Both the position numbers and the translations under genes were made by a program. A stretch of 64,000 bases of DNA from NCBI GenBank assembly GCA_963829725.1, contig CAWHJW010000005.1, positions 369,976 to 433,975 on the forward strand, in the 5' to 3' direction. This stretch comes from an uncultured Actinomycetes bacterium. Its GTDB lineage: Bacteria; Actinomycetota; Actinomycetes; Streptosporangiales; Streptosporangiaceae. The notes under the pieces were generated by a model, which was given only the letters and a program-made list of their open reading frames with translations, ran no database searches and was not told the DNA's origin. Within the stretch, counting starts at the first letter, position 1; each line of letters starts with the position of its first letter. Shown piece by piece: positions 30,302 through 40,155 of the stretch.

Positions 30302-33300
30302 GTGGATACGACCGCGGAATCCATTGCGTTGACGCCTGAGCGTTCCGCGACCGGCGATCGCGCCGCCCCCATCGCCATCGTCGGCCTGGCCTGCCGGTTC
30401 CCGGACGCGGACGACCCCCTGGCCCTGTTCGAGAGCGCACTGGCCGGGCGGCGCGCGTTCCGCCGGATGCCGCCCGGACGGGCCGGCGGCGCGCCCGGCC
30501 GCCACCCCGGCTGGAACGGGCAGCATGGGCTCGCCGCCGGGCGCCCGCCGCGGGCTGCCCTGCTGGAGGGATGGGACTTCGACCGCGCCGGGTTCGGCAT
30601 CACCGAGCCCGCCTACCGGGCCGCCGACCCGGCCCACTGGCTCGCCCTGGAGACGGCCGGCGGCGCGCTGGCCGACGCCGGGTTCCCGGGCGGCCAGGGG
30701 CTGGCCGCCGACCGGGCCGGCGTCATCGTCGGGAACACCCTCACCGGGGAGATCGCCCGGACGGCGGCGCTGCGCAGCCAGTGGCCGTTCGTCTCCGCCG
30801 TGTTGTCCGGGGCGCTCGCCGCCCGGGACATCCCGGCCGGAGAGCGGGCCGCGGTGCTCGAGCACGCGGCCGCCGCCTTCGCCGCCCCGCTGCCCGGCGC
30901 CTCGCCCGCTACCCTGGCTGGCGCCCAGCCCGGCGCGATCGCGGACCGGATCAGCCGGCATTTCCAGTTCCGCGGCGGCGGCTACGCACTGGATAGCGCG
31001 CACGCGTCGTCACTGCTCGCCGTGGCCACCGCCTGCGCCCTGCTGGCCGCTGGCGAGCTGGATTTCGTGCTCGCCGGGGGCGTGGACATCAGCCTGGACC
31101 CGTTCGAGCTGTCCGGCCTGGCCCTGGCCGGCGTGCTGGCGGCCGGGGCCATGCGGATCTACGACGCCAGCCCGACCGGGTTCCTGCCCGGCGAAGGCTG
31201 CGGGATGGTCGCCCTGATGCGGGCGGACGACGCCATCGCGGCCGACATGCCGCGGTATGCGGACATCGCGGGCTGGGGCATCTCGTCGGCGGGCCGCTCC
31301 GGCCCCGTTTCCGCCGACGCGGGCACCCAGCTGCTGGCGCTGCAGCGCGCCTACCAGCGGGCCCAGGTCGATCCGGCGGATATCCAGCTCATCGAGGGCG
31401 ATGGCCGCGGCACCGCCGACGCTGACCTGGCCGAGCTGACCGCGCTGAGCGCGATCCGGTCCGGGGCCACGGCCGCGGCGGCGCTGGGCTCCGTCAAGGC
31501 CAACATCGGTCATGCCAAGGCGGCCGCGGGGGCGGCTGGGCTGATCAAGGCGGCTCTGGCGGTCAACGCCGGCGTAATCCCGCCGACGACCGGGTGCGGT
31601 CACCCGCACCCGGTACTGACGGATGAGGACGCGGTGCTCCGGGTGCCCCGCTCGGCTGAGCCGTGGCCGGCCGGCCATCGCCTCGCGGCGGTGACCGCCA
31701 CGGATCCGGCCGGCGCCGCGGTGCACGTGGTGCTGCGCCGGGAGCGGAATCAGGGCAGCGGCCCAGGCGCCGGGCTGTCGCTGCAGCGCCCGTCGCCGCT
31801 CGCCACCTGGTCGGTTCCGCGGGTGCCCCGGGCCGAGGTTTTCGCGTTCAGCGGTCCGGACCGGGAGGCGGTGGCCGCCGCGCTGCGCACGGTGGCCGGG
31901 GTGGCGCCGGGCCTGTCGGACAGCGAGCTGAGCGATCTCGCCTGCCAGCTCGGCCGCACGCCGGAGCCCGGGGCGGCCCGGGTGGCGCTGGTGGCCGCCA
32001 CCCAGGAAGAACTGGCCCGGCTGTGCGCGGAAGCGGCGGCGCTGCTGCCCGGCCTGGAGCCGGGCCGGCTGGCCGCCCGCCCCGGGCTGTTCGCCGCCGA
32101 CCGGGCGGCCGGCCGGGTGGTGCTGCTGTTCCCGGGAGAAGCGGTGGTCACCGCGGGGGGCCACGACTCGCCGGGGCGCGTGTCGCCACCCGCGCTGGTG
32201 CAGGCGTCGCTGGCCGCCCTGCGCTGGCTGGGCACGCTCGGCCTGCGCGCAGCGGCGGGGGTGGGCGTGGGCGTGGGCGAGATCACCGCGCTCACCTGGT
32301 CCGGCAGCCTGGCTGAAGCCGATGCGGCCACCCTGATCGCGGAGCGGGCGGCGGTGCTGAGCGCGGCGGCCGACCTGCGCACGGCGCTGATCTGCGTGAC
32401 CGCGGACGAGGAGGCCGTGCGCGCGCTACCCGCCGCGGCCGGCCTGGCCATTGCCGGGCATTATGGGCCACGCTGCCACATCCTGGGCGGGGCCGAGGAG
32501 GCCGTCGCCAGCCTTGCCCGGCAGGCGGCGCAGGCCGGGATCCAGGCCCGCCTGCTGGACCTGCCTTACGCGCTGCACTCCCCCGCGATGACCGACCTGG
32601 CCGCACCGCTGCGGGCCGCGGCGGCCCGAGCCCGGTTCGCTGCCCCGGCCCGGCGGGTGATCTCCACGGTGACCGCCAGTGAGGTCACCTCCGGCACCGA
32701 CCTGCCCGCGCTGCTGGCCAGCCAGCTCACCTCGCCGGTGCGGCTGGCCGCGGCGCTCAGCGTGGCGGCGGCCGGCGCCGACCTGCTGCTCGACACCGGC
32801 CCGGGCCAGGCGCTGGCCACCCTGGCCGCGGGCTGCTGTGCGGTGCCGGCGGTCAGTCTCGGCGGCGGCCCGGACAGCGCCGCGGCGCCGGGCGCCACGG
32901 CGGCGCTGTTCGCGGCCGGCGCGATCGGGACCCTGGCCCCGCTGCTGGCCGGGCGCCCGTCGCGCCCCTTCGACATCGCCCGCACGCCGCGCTTCCTGAC
33001 CAACCCGTGCGCCGTGGTGACGGCGGAGCCGGCCACCACCGGCCACCGGCCAGCGGGCCGGGCCACGGCGGACGCGCCTCCGGACGGCGCGCCGGGATCG
33101 TGGCTGCCGGACCCCGGCCCGGCGGCACCGCGGCGGCGGACCGGGTCCCGGGTGCGGCCGGGCGCCGCCGGCCTGGCTGCGGCAGGGCCTGATGGGGCGG
33201 CCGGTGCCGGGACCGGCGGCCCCGGCACCGCCGCCACCGGCGAGCAGGTCCCGGGCGTCGCACCCTGGGTCCGGTGCTTCGCCGAGGAACTCCGACCGCT

Positions 33301-35936
33301 GCCGCTGCCCCCCGCCCCCGCCGACGAGGAACCGTGGCGGTTGCATGCCACCACGCGCCAGCCGTTCGGTCGGATGGCAGCGGAGGTGTTCGAGGACGAT
33401 CCGGCCGCCGATAGCGTGCTCGCGGTGATCGGCGACCTGGCCGATCCGGACGGGACCGGGACGCTGCTGGCGGCCGCGCGGGAAGCGGCCGGGGCCGGCA
33501 GTTTCGTGGTGATCACCCCGGCGGCCGGCCTGGAGGGCTTCTGCGCCGGGCTGCATGCGGAGCATCCGTCGCTCGGCCTGACCCTGATCCGCACCGCGGA
33601 CAGCATGAGCGGGCTGATCGCCGCGCAGCGTTTCGCCGCGACCGAGCCCGGCCAGTTCCGGCAGGTGGTGCTGGATGCCAGCGGCGGGCCGCAGCGGCCC
33701 GTCATGGGGGTGGCCGGCCTCCCCGCCGCGCCCGCGCCGGACGGCTTGCCCGGCCCAGCCCCCGGCCGCGCCGACGTGGTGCTGATCACCGGCGGGCAGC
33801 CTGGGAACCTGCTGGCGGCTGCGGGCGTGCTGGCCGGGTCCGGAGCCCGGCTCGCCCTGATCGGGCCGCCCGACCCGGATGAGCCCGCGGCCATGGACCT
33901 GGCGCTGGCCGGCCTCCGGGACGGCGGCGCCGAGGTCAGCTACCTGCAGGCCGACCTCACCGACCCCGACGAAGCCGACGCGGCCGTGGCCAGCGTGGAG
34001 CAGCGGGTCGGCCCGGTGACCGTGGTCTGCTACGCGGCAGGCACCGGGCCGGCCAGCGCATGTTCCGGCCTGTCCGCCCCGGACCTGCGGGCCCGGATGT
34101 CGCGCCAGGCCGACGGGCTGCGCAGTGTGCTGGGCAGCGTGAACGCGGCCCGGCTGCGGCTGCTGCTGACCGCGGGCAGCGCGGCCGCGCGCTACGGCAC
34201 CGCGGGCCAGTGCGGGCCTGCGCTGCTCGCGGGGGCACTGGCCGAGCAGGCCCGGCGGCTCGAGCCCAGCCTGCCCGGCTGCCGGATCCTGCACGCCGAC
34301 TGGGACCCGGACCTGGCCGCACCGGATGAGGTGGGCCGGCTGCTGCTGGGCAGCGTGGCCAGCCAGCAGGCACCGGCCCGGGTGGCCATCCACGGGCGGC
34401 TGGGCCCGGGCGTGGCCGGCACCCCGGGTCCCGGGACCGGGCTGGTGGGCGGGGGGCGCTTCCTGGAGCACGCCCGAGTGCACTACCCGGGCGTGGAACT
34501 GGTGGCCAGAGGCCGGCCTCTCGCTGGGCTCGGATCCCTACCTGGCCGACTACCTGCTCGACGGCCTCGCGGCCCTGCCCCCGGCGATTGGACTGGAGGC
34601 GATGGCACAGGCGGCCTCCGCCCTCGCGGGGCGGCCGCTCCGGCGGCTGGCCGGGGCGATCATGGAGGTGCCGGTCCTGCTCCCGCCCGGCGGGACGGAC
34701 ACCACGTTGCGGGTGTGCGCCCTGCGGGCCGGCGGCACGGTGGAGACCGTGCTGCGGTACTCCGGCAGCGGCTTCCATCTCGATCACTTCCGCGCCGTGT
34801 TCCCGCTGGAGGACGCGCCCGGGCCAGCCAGCCCCGGTCTGCGGGGTGAGCCGACCGCCCGGACGGGCCTGACCGTGACCGCCCCGGGCGGCGTCGTGGA
34901 CGGCACCGACCTGTACGGGCGGATCTGCTTCCAGGCTGGCTCGTTCCGCCGGGTGGCGTTCCTGCCCGAGGTCACCGCCCGTTCCTGCCGCGCCCTGGTG
35001 CGCGGGGCTGACGACCGGCCCTGGTTCAGCGGGCCGGCCACCGTCCGTGGCCCGCTCATCCTGGGCAGCCCCGGCCTGAACGACGCCCTCATGCACGTGC
35101 TGCAAGCCTGCGTCCCGCACCGCCGGGTCCTCCCAGCCGGCTTTGAGTCGCTCACAGCCGCCGGCGAGGAGGTGCGCGGCGCGGTGAGCGTCGAGGCCGG
35201 ACAGCGGGCCGACGGCGGGTGGGACGTGATTGCGCTGGACGCGACCGGGCACCCGGTGCTGGCCGTGACCCGGCTGCGGCTGCGGGACATGGGACCGCTC
35301 GAGCAGCACGCCCCCTGGCACCCGACCCTGCTGGCCGCGGCCCTGGAGGCGCACGGCACCGAACTCGGGCTCCACCCGTCGCTCCGGGCCACGGTGCGCT
35401 GCGGCCAGCCGCCGGCCACCGGGAGCCACCTGGCCGCCCCGGACCCGGCGGCCGCCGCCGACGGCCTGCCGTGGCTGGATCAGGCCGTGGGCACCGGGGC
35501 GCTCGCCGGTTACGAGCTGACGGTACGGGCCGGCCAGCCGATCGCCTGTTACTGGGAGGCGACTGGCAACGGCACGGCCACACTCACCAGCCCCGGGAAT
35601 CTGGCCAGCCCAGAGACACTGGCGAGCCCCGAGGATCTGGCCAGGCAGTTGCGTGACCGGGGCAGCGGCGACCCGGCGGCCGTGAGCACCCGGGTGCGCG
35701 CCATCACCGCGTGCCTGACCGCCGCGGGCTGGTCCGGCCGGACCCCGCTGCAGCTGGACGACGCGCACGACGGCGAATGGATCCGGGTGCGGGCCGGGAG
35801 CATCACCGTGGCCGCGGTGGCCGCGCGGATCGACGGGGTATCCCAGCCAGTCGTGATCGCCCTGGCCACCTGGCCGGGAACGGCGCACGACCCGGCTGAC
35901 CCGGGGATGCTGGCGCAGGGCGCGCCGGGACGCTAG
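30302..35936 (+). pseudogene. iterative type I PKS homologue (enediyne PKSE / PUFA-synthase-like KS-AT-KR-DH-C-terminal domain) with substituted catalytic motifs, one extra base at 34508
   Basis: The KS-like N-terminus reads IAIVGLACRFPDADDP..LAGRRAFRRMP..GNTLTGE..GGGYALDSAHASSLLAVATAC..FLPGEGCGMVAL..IEGDGRGT..GSVKANIGHAKAAAG. The AT-like part reads LLFPGE..GVGVGVGEITAL..YALHSPAM. The KR-like part reads VVLITGGQPGN. The DH-like part reads DPYLADYLLDGLAALPP. The frame changes at ..HYPGVELVA / EAGLSLGSDPY.. and the length is 3n+1. It starts at the GTG at 30302. Confidence 0.8.
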
Positions 35937-35970
35937 CGCCGGGGGGGCAACGCCGTCCCGGCGCGGTGAA

Positions 35971-36132
35971 TCACAGCTTGGTCAGCTTGGTGTACGGAGC
36001 AGCGATCCGCTCCTGCTGGGTACCGAAGTCAACCAGCACACCAGTCTCGTCGGCACTGATGACCCGGCCGAGGCCGTAACGGTCATGGGTTACCTGGTCC
36101 TGCACGGCGAACTGCTTCACCGGGCGGATCAT
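35971..36132 (-). CDS. small Tudor-like protein resembling the PcrA/UvrD C-terminal domain (DUF3553-like)
   Basis: 53 aa: MIRPVKQFAVQDQVTHDRYGLGRVISADETGVLVDFGTQQERIAAPYTKLTKL. Confidence 0.6.
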   Translation of the reverse strand: MIRPVKQFAVQDQVTHDRYGLGRVISADETGVLVDFGTQQERIAAPYTKLTKL

Positions 36133-36295
36133 GGGGGGCTTGTTGAACGGGCTTCCGGGCAGGGGGCGCCGGGTCGCGGCATGATCGATTCTCACCCTCT
36201 CAGTATGCGCCAGGCCGCCCGGGCCCCGCGGCCACACGCGGCAGACGGCCGTAACGAAACGGACGCACTCCAGGCAAACCACGCCAGCTCAGGGG

Positions 36296-37777
36296 TCAGG
36301 CGGGCAGCCGTTCCGGGCCCGCCTGGGGTCCGGCCCGGCTGGCTCGCCAGGCCGCCTCCGCCTCGCCCATCGGGGTAGCCGGCGGACCCTGCATGAACGG
36401 CCAGATCTCCTCGGCGATGCCACGCCAGTCCGCGGTCGCGGCCAGTTCGCCCAGGATCGCGAACAGGCCCAGGTTGATCCGCTGCAGGATGACGTAGGAC
36501 CGGGGCACGCTCACGTACGCCGCCAGCGGGCTGCGCAGGTCGAAGAACCGCCGTACCACCGCCGAGGCGTAGTCCCCGGTCATGGTCACCGGGCCCGGCC
36601 GGCGGACCGTGTCGTAGAACACGGCCATGTGCTCAACGACGGTCTCGGTGCTCAGCGGCGTGTCAGGGCGCAGGAACCCGGCCTGGATCATGCTGGACCG
36701 GAACGCCTCCGGGTCATCCTCCACGCACAGGTAGCGCACCATGTCCATCAGCGGCTGCAGCTCGCCGGGGCTGAAGTGCTTGACCAGCCCGAAGTCGAGG
36801 AACGTCACCCGGCCGCCCCCATGGAACAGGTAGTTGCCGGGGTGCGGGTCACCGTTGAACGCCTGCGCCTCATACAGGCTCCGGAAGGTGAACCGGTAGA
36901 TGGTCTCCGCGGCCAGGTCCCGCTCGTGCTGGGACCAGCTGGCCAGCTCAGCGAACCGGGCGCCGTCGGCCAGGTCGGTGGTCACCACCCGCCGGGTGCA
37001 CAGCTCGCCGACGATGTCCGGGATGTGCACGGTCGGGTGGCCCCGGTAATGGTCGGCGAACAGCTGCTGGTTGCGGGCTTCCCGGCGGTAGTCCAGTTCT
37101 TCCAGCACGCGCTCCCGCAGCTCGCCGAGCAGCTCGTCCACGTCCTGGCTGGGCGCGGTGATCCGCAGCATGCGCCGCAGCAGGGCGACGTTCTGCAGGT
37201 CCGCGGCAATGGTCTCGGCGATGCCGGGGTACTGGACCTTGACGGCGACGGCCCGGCCGTCCCGGGTGATCGCCCGGTGCACCTGCCCGATCGAGGCGGC
37301 CGCGATGGGCTCCCCGTCCCACCGCGCGAACACCTCCTCGGGCGGGCGGCCGAACTCCTCGGTGATGACGCCCGCGGCCAGCTCGGCGGTCATCGGCGGC
37401 ACGCTGTCCTGCAGCCGGCTCAGCGTCCGGCGGACCGCCGGGGACAGGCCGTCGTCCACGTAACTGGCCATCTGGCCGATCTTCATCAAGACGCCCTTCA
37501 TGGCGCCCAGGGTGGTGGCGACGTCCTCGGCGGTCTGCAGCGCGAGGTCGTTGCGCAGCTGCTGGCGGTGCTCGCCGGCCAGGATGAACAGCCGCGGCGC
37601 GTTGCCCGCGTAGCGGACCCCGCCGCGCACCGCGAGCCGCACCGCGGCGCCGCCCCGGGACATCCGGAGCCGCAGCGGGCGGCCGTGGCCCGGCACCCGC
37701 CAGCCCAGCCGCCGGCCGAGCAGGACGAGGCCGGCCAGCGAGGCCCCGATGGTGAACCCGGTGACCAGCTTTCTCAC
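36296..37777 (-). CDS. ABC1/UbiB/AarF family atypical kinase
   Basis: ..MKIGQMASYVDDGLSP..EPIAAASIGQVHRAIT.DGRAVAVKVQYPGIAETI..VVTTDL..FNGDPHPGNYLF..VTFLDFG.. Confidence 0.85.
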   Translation of the reverse strand: MRKLVTGFTIGASLAGLVLLGRRLGWRVPGHGRPLRLRMSRGGAAVRLAVRGGVRYAGNAPRLFILAGEHRQQLRNDLALQTAEDVATTLGAMKGVLMKIGQMASYVDDGLSPAVRRTLSRLQDSVPPMTAELAAGVITEEFGRPPEEVFARWDGEPIAAASIGQVHRAITRDGRAVAVKVQYPGIAETIAADLQNVALLRRMLRITAPSQDVDELLGELRERVLEELDYRREARNQQLFADHYRGHPTVHIPDIVGELCTRRVVTTDLADGARFAELASWSQHERDLAAETIYRFTFRSLYEAQAFNGDPHPGNYLFHGGGRVTFLDFGLVKHFSPGELQPLMDMVRYLCVEDDPEAFRSSMIQAGFLRPDTPLSTETVVEHMAVFYDTVRRPGPVTMTGDYASAVVRRFFDLRSPLAAYVSVPRSYVILQRINLGLFAILGELAATADWRGIAEEIWPFMQGPPATPMGEAEAAWRASRAGPQAGPERLPA

Positions 37778-38784
37778 GGGCGCCGCGCCGCGCGCGCCCG
37801 CAAGGCGATCCGCTGCCGGGCTTCCAGCACGCCCGGCTCGCCCATGAACACGGTGTCCAGCACGCCGAGCGCCTGGCGGATCTCGGCCCGCCGGGCGTCG
37901 GTCAGCGGCGGCACCTCGTACCCGTACATCTCGCGGGCCCAGTCAGGCAGCGTGCCGAGCGCGGCGTGCCGCACGTCCTGCCAGATCTCGGCGATGTCGG
38001 CCTCCAGGCCGGGCGGGTCGAGCAGGTAGTCCATGGATTCCCGGGCCGCCGGGGTGCAGCGCAACTCGGGCCTTACCGCGCGCAGGTAGGCATCGAGGGC
38101 CGGAACGCTGTCCGGGACGCGGTCGCGGGGCACCCCGACGAGTTCCGCCGCAGTCACTTGTTCCGCGACAAATTGCCCGCTCTCCTCAGCTGACAATGCC
38201 GTCCCGAACTGTGCGGCGGCGGCGAGGCCAGAATCGATGAAGGTGGCGTGCACGTAGAGCAGCAGGGCCGGGTCGCTGGCCGCGTACGGCTGGCCGGTCA
38301 CCGTGTCCACCCCGGTGACATGGTCGTGGATGCGCCGCACCCGGCCCGCGGCCCGCTCGGCGGCGGCCCGCTCGGCGAAGCTGACCGTGGCCAGGTAGGC
38401 GGAGGTGGCGGCCAGGCGGCCGACGGGATCCCGGCGCCAGTTGCTGTGCTGGTCCACCCCGGCCATGGCTAGCGGGTGCAGCGCCTGCAGCAGCAGCGCG
38501 CGCAGGCCGGCCACCGGCGAGGACAGGTCCGTGCTCACCCGCCAGGTGACGCTGCCGGGGCCGAAAAAACCCTCGTCCGCCGGGGCGTCCGGGATGCTGG
38601 CCGCATAGGCGGCGGCCGACCGGGCGACCAGGTCGGCCGCGGCCGCGTACGGGTCCGCGGTCACCGGGCTGGCCTGGTCATCGTGGCATGCAGGGTCATC
38701 GTGGCATGCAGATGCGGGGTCCTCATACCAGCCAAAATACCCAGCCACGGCGGGACCAAGGCCGGCCCGGACCTGGTACCGCAC
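37774..38784 (-). CDS. MpaB/DUF2236 family oxygenase-like protein
   Basis: ..FFGPGSVTWRVSTDLSSPVAGLRALLLQALHPLAMAGVDQHSNWRRDPVGRLAATSAYL..RVRRIHDHVTG.. A 4-bp overlap links it to the downstream kinase gene. Confidence 0.75.
   Translation of the reverse strand: MRYQVRAGLGPAVAGYFGWYEDPASACHDDPACHDDQASPVTADPYAAAADLVARSAAAYAASIPDAPADEGFFGPGSVTWRVSTDLSSPVAGLRALLLQALHPLAMAGVDQHSNWRRDPVGRLAATSAYLATVSFAERAAAERAAGRVRRIHDHVTGVDTVTGQPYAASDPALLLYVHATFIDSGLAAAAQFGTALSAEESGQFVAEQVTAAELVGVPRDRVPDSVPALDAYLRAVRPELRCTPAARESMDYLLDPPGLEADIAEIWQDVRHAALGTLPDWAREMYGYEVPPLTDARRAEIRQALGVLDTVFMGEPGVLEARQRIALRARAARRP
38676..38711. repeat. 18-bp perfect in-frame tandem duplication in the MpaB-like gene
   Basis: ggtcatcgtggcatgcag occurs twice. 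It is translated as ACHDDP-ACHDDQ in the N-terminus. Confidence 0.9.
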
Positions 38785-38893
38785 CGTGCTGGCTCAAACT
38801 GAGAACCGCCCGGCTGGTGAGCAGGGGTACGGATGATGCAACGGCCTGCACCACGTGCCGCACTGGTGCCACCGTCCTGCGAAGGAGCAGCCG

Positions 38894-39547
38894 ATGACAA
38901 CGCTCAACGCCTCCGATGAGACCGGCCACCTAGCGAACCCGCCCGCTCCCGCCCCGGCGCCGTCCCCGTCACTAGGCGGTGACCCGACCATGCTGGGGCT
39001 GCCCACGTTCATCGTCGGGTCCGTCGCCCTCGGGCTGGTCCTGGTGGGGATGGTGCCGGCCACTGCGGTCGGTGCCTCGCTGCCGATCATCCTGGCGGCC
39101 ACCGCGGCCGGCCTGTTCCTGTCCACGATCTGGGCCGCAGCGCTCGGGCAGAGCGCCGTGGCGTGCATCTTCGGCGTGTTCGCCGGCTTCTGGCTGAGCT
39201 ACGCGGTGCTGGTGCTTGGCCTCACGCACAACTGGTTCGGCGTCACCCTGCTCGCGGTGAAATCCACCCAGGAGCTGTTCCTGACCTCCTGGCTCGTCAT
39301 CATCGTGGTCCTCACCCTGTTCACGCTGCGCCTGCCGCTCGCCTTCACGGTGATCCTGGGGCTGGTCGACGTGGCCCTGCTGCTGGTCCTGCTGGGTACC
39401 GCCAACGGGTCTACCGGCCTGCTGAAGACCGGCGGCTACGTGGTCCTGCTGTTCGCCGCCGTGGGCGTGTACGTCTTCTACGGTTCGGCCGCGCAGGCCA
39501 CCGGCGGTAAGGCGATCCCGCTGGGCAAGCCACTGCTGGGCGGCTGA
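38894..39547 (+). CDS. GPR1/FUN34/YaaH (SatP-like) family acetate/succinate channel
   Basis: The ATG at 38894 has a GAAGGAG RBS. DPTMLGLPTFIVGSVALGL is followed by six hydrophobic helices (..FGVFAGFWLSYAVLVLGL..). Confidence 0.75.
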   Translation: MTTLNASDETGHLANPPAPAPAPSPSLGGDPTMLGLPTFIVGSVALGLVLVGMVPATAVGASLPIILAATAAGLFLSTIWAAALGQSAVACIFGVFAGFWLSYAVLVLGLTHNWFGVTLLAVKSTQELFLTSWLVIIVVLTLFTLRLPLAFTVILGLVDVALLLVLLGTANGSTGLLKTGGYVVLLFAAVGVYVFYGSAAQATGGKAIPLGKPLLGG

Positions 39548-39800
39548 GCCTTACCGTCATACCGGCCGACGGCCGAGGAGGGGCCCGGGCCCGCGCAGAG
39601 GCCCGGGCCCGCCGTGCGGCTCTGCTTCCCGCCGCCGAGGCGGGAAGCAGAGCCGGGCGGGCGCGAAATCTGCCGGGCTGCACGGTGGCTCAGCGGAGCG
39701 CTTCCTGCAACTCGGCAAAATCGTGGGTGACGATGATGTAAGGCTGCGCGAATGTCCCGGGCGGCTAGCTCATCGCTGGGCTTGAGCCGGGCGGAGGTCG

Positions 39801-40079
39801 GTGCTAAGGACCGCTCTGACCAGCGCTCCACCCACCGGGAAAGGGTCGCCGTCTGGGGTCAGCATTGCGTTCATCCCATCGCCTTTGGTGCGCTTCCGGA
39901 CGAGGACTGCTCAACTTCTTTTGGCGCGGAACTGCGGCTTTGGCGCGGAACTGCGGCGCTGGCGTACCGCGGCGGCGTTCAGCTGGGCCAGCGCCTCGGC
40001 CTATGCTCGCGCATTCAGCCCGGACCATTGGGCGGACTTCACGGCCGGGATCAAGGCAGCGGACTACGGCCTGCGCTGA
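39801..40079 (+). pseudogene. remnant of an XRE-type helix-turn-helix regulator (N-terminal fragment only)
   Basis: ..FGAELRRWRTAAAFSWASASAYARAFSPDHWADFTAGIKAADYGLR* resembles the N-terminal HTH of Streptomyces-type XRE regulators but stops after about 50 aa. GC3 is low, and a 19-bp tandem duplication lies at its 5' end. Confidence 0.3.
39921..39958. repeat. 19-bp tandem duplication (18/19 identical)
   Basis: ttggcgcggaactgcggct followed by ttggcgcggaactgcggcg. The length is not a multiple of 3, so it shifts the frame. Confidence 0.9.
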
Positions 40080-40155
40080 CTTCCCACGTACGCAGCAGAG
40101 AGCTCCGGTCCCACCCGTGGCCGGGGCAGTTGCCCGGGTCAGGCAGCATGGAGAG

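Noticed and set aside
30121-30339. 72-codon ORF in the PKS upstream region
   Set aside because: Its codons are mostly A/T-ending in a genome with extreme GC3, and it has no RBS. It is treated as non-coding.
30302-35936. Enediyne or PUFA biosynthetic gene cluster
   Set aside because: The core-synthase homologue lacks its catalytic residues, and none of the usual partner genes (thioesterase, UNBL/UNBV/UNBU-type, tailoring, resistance) flank it.
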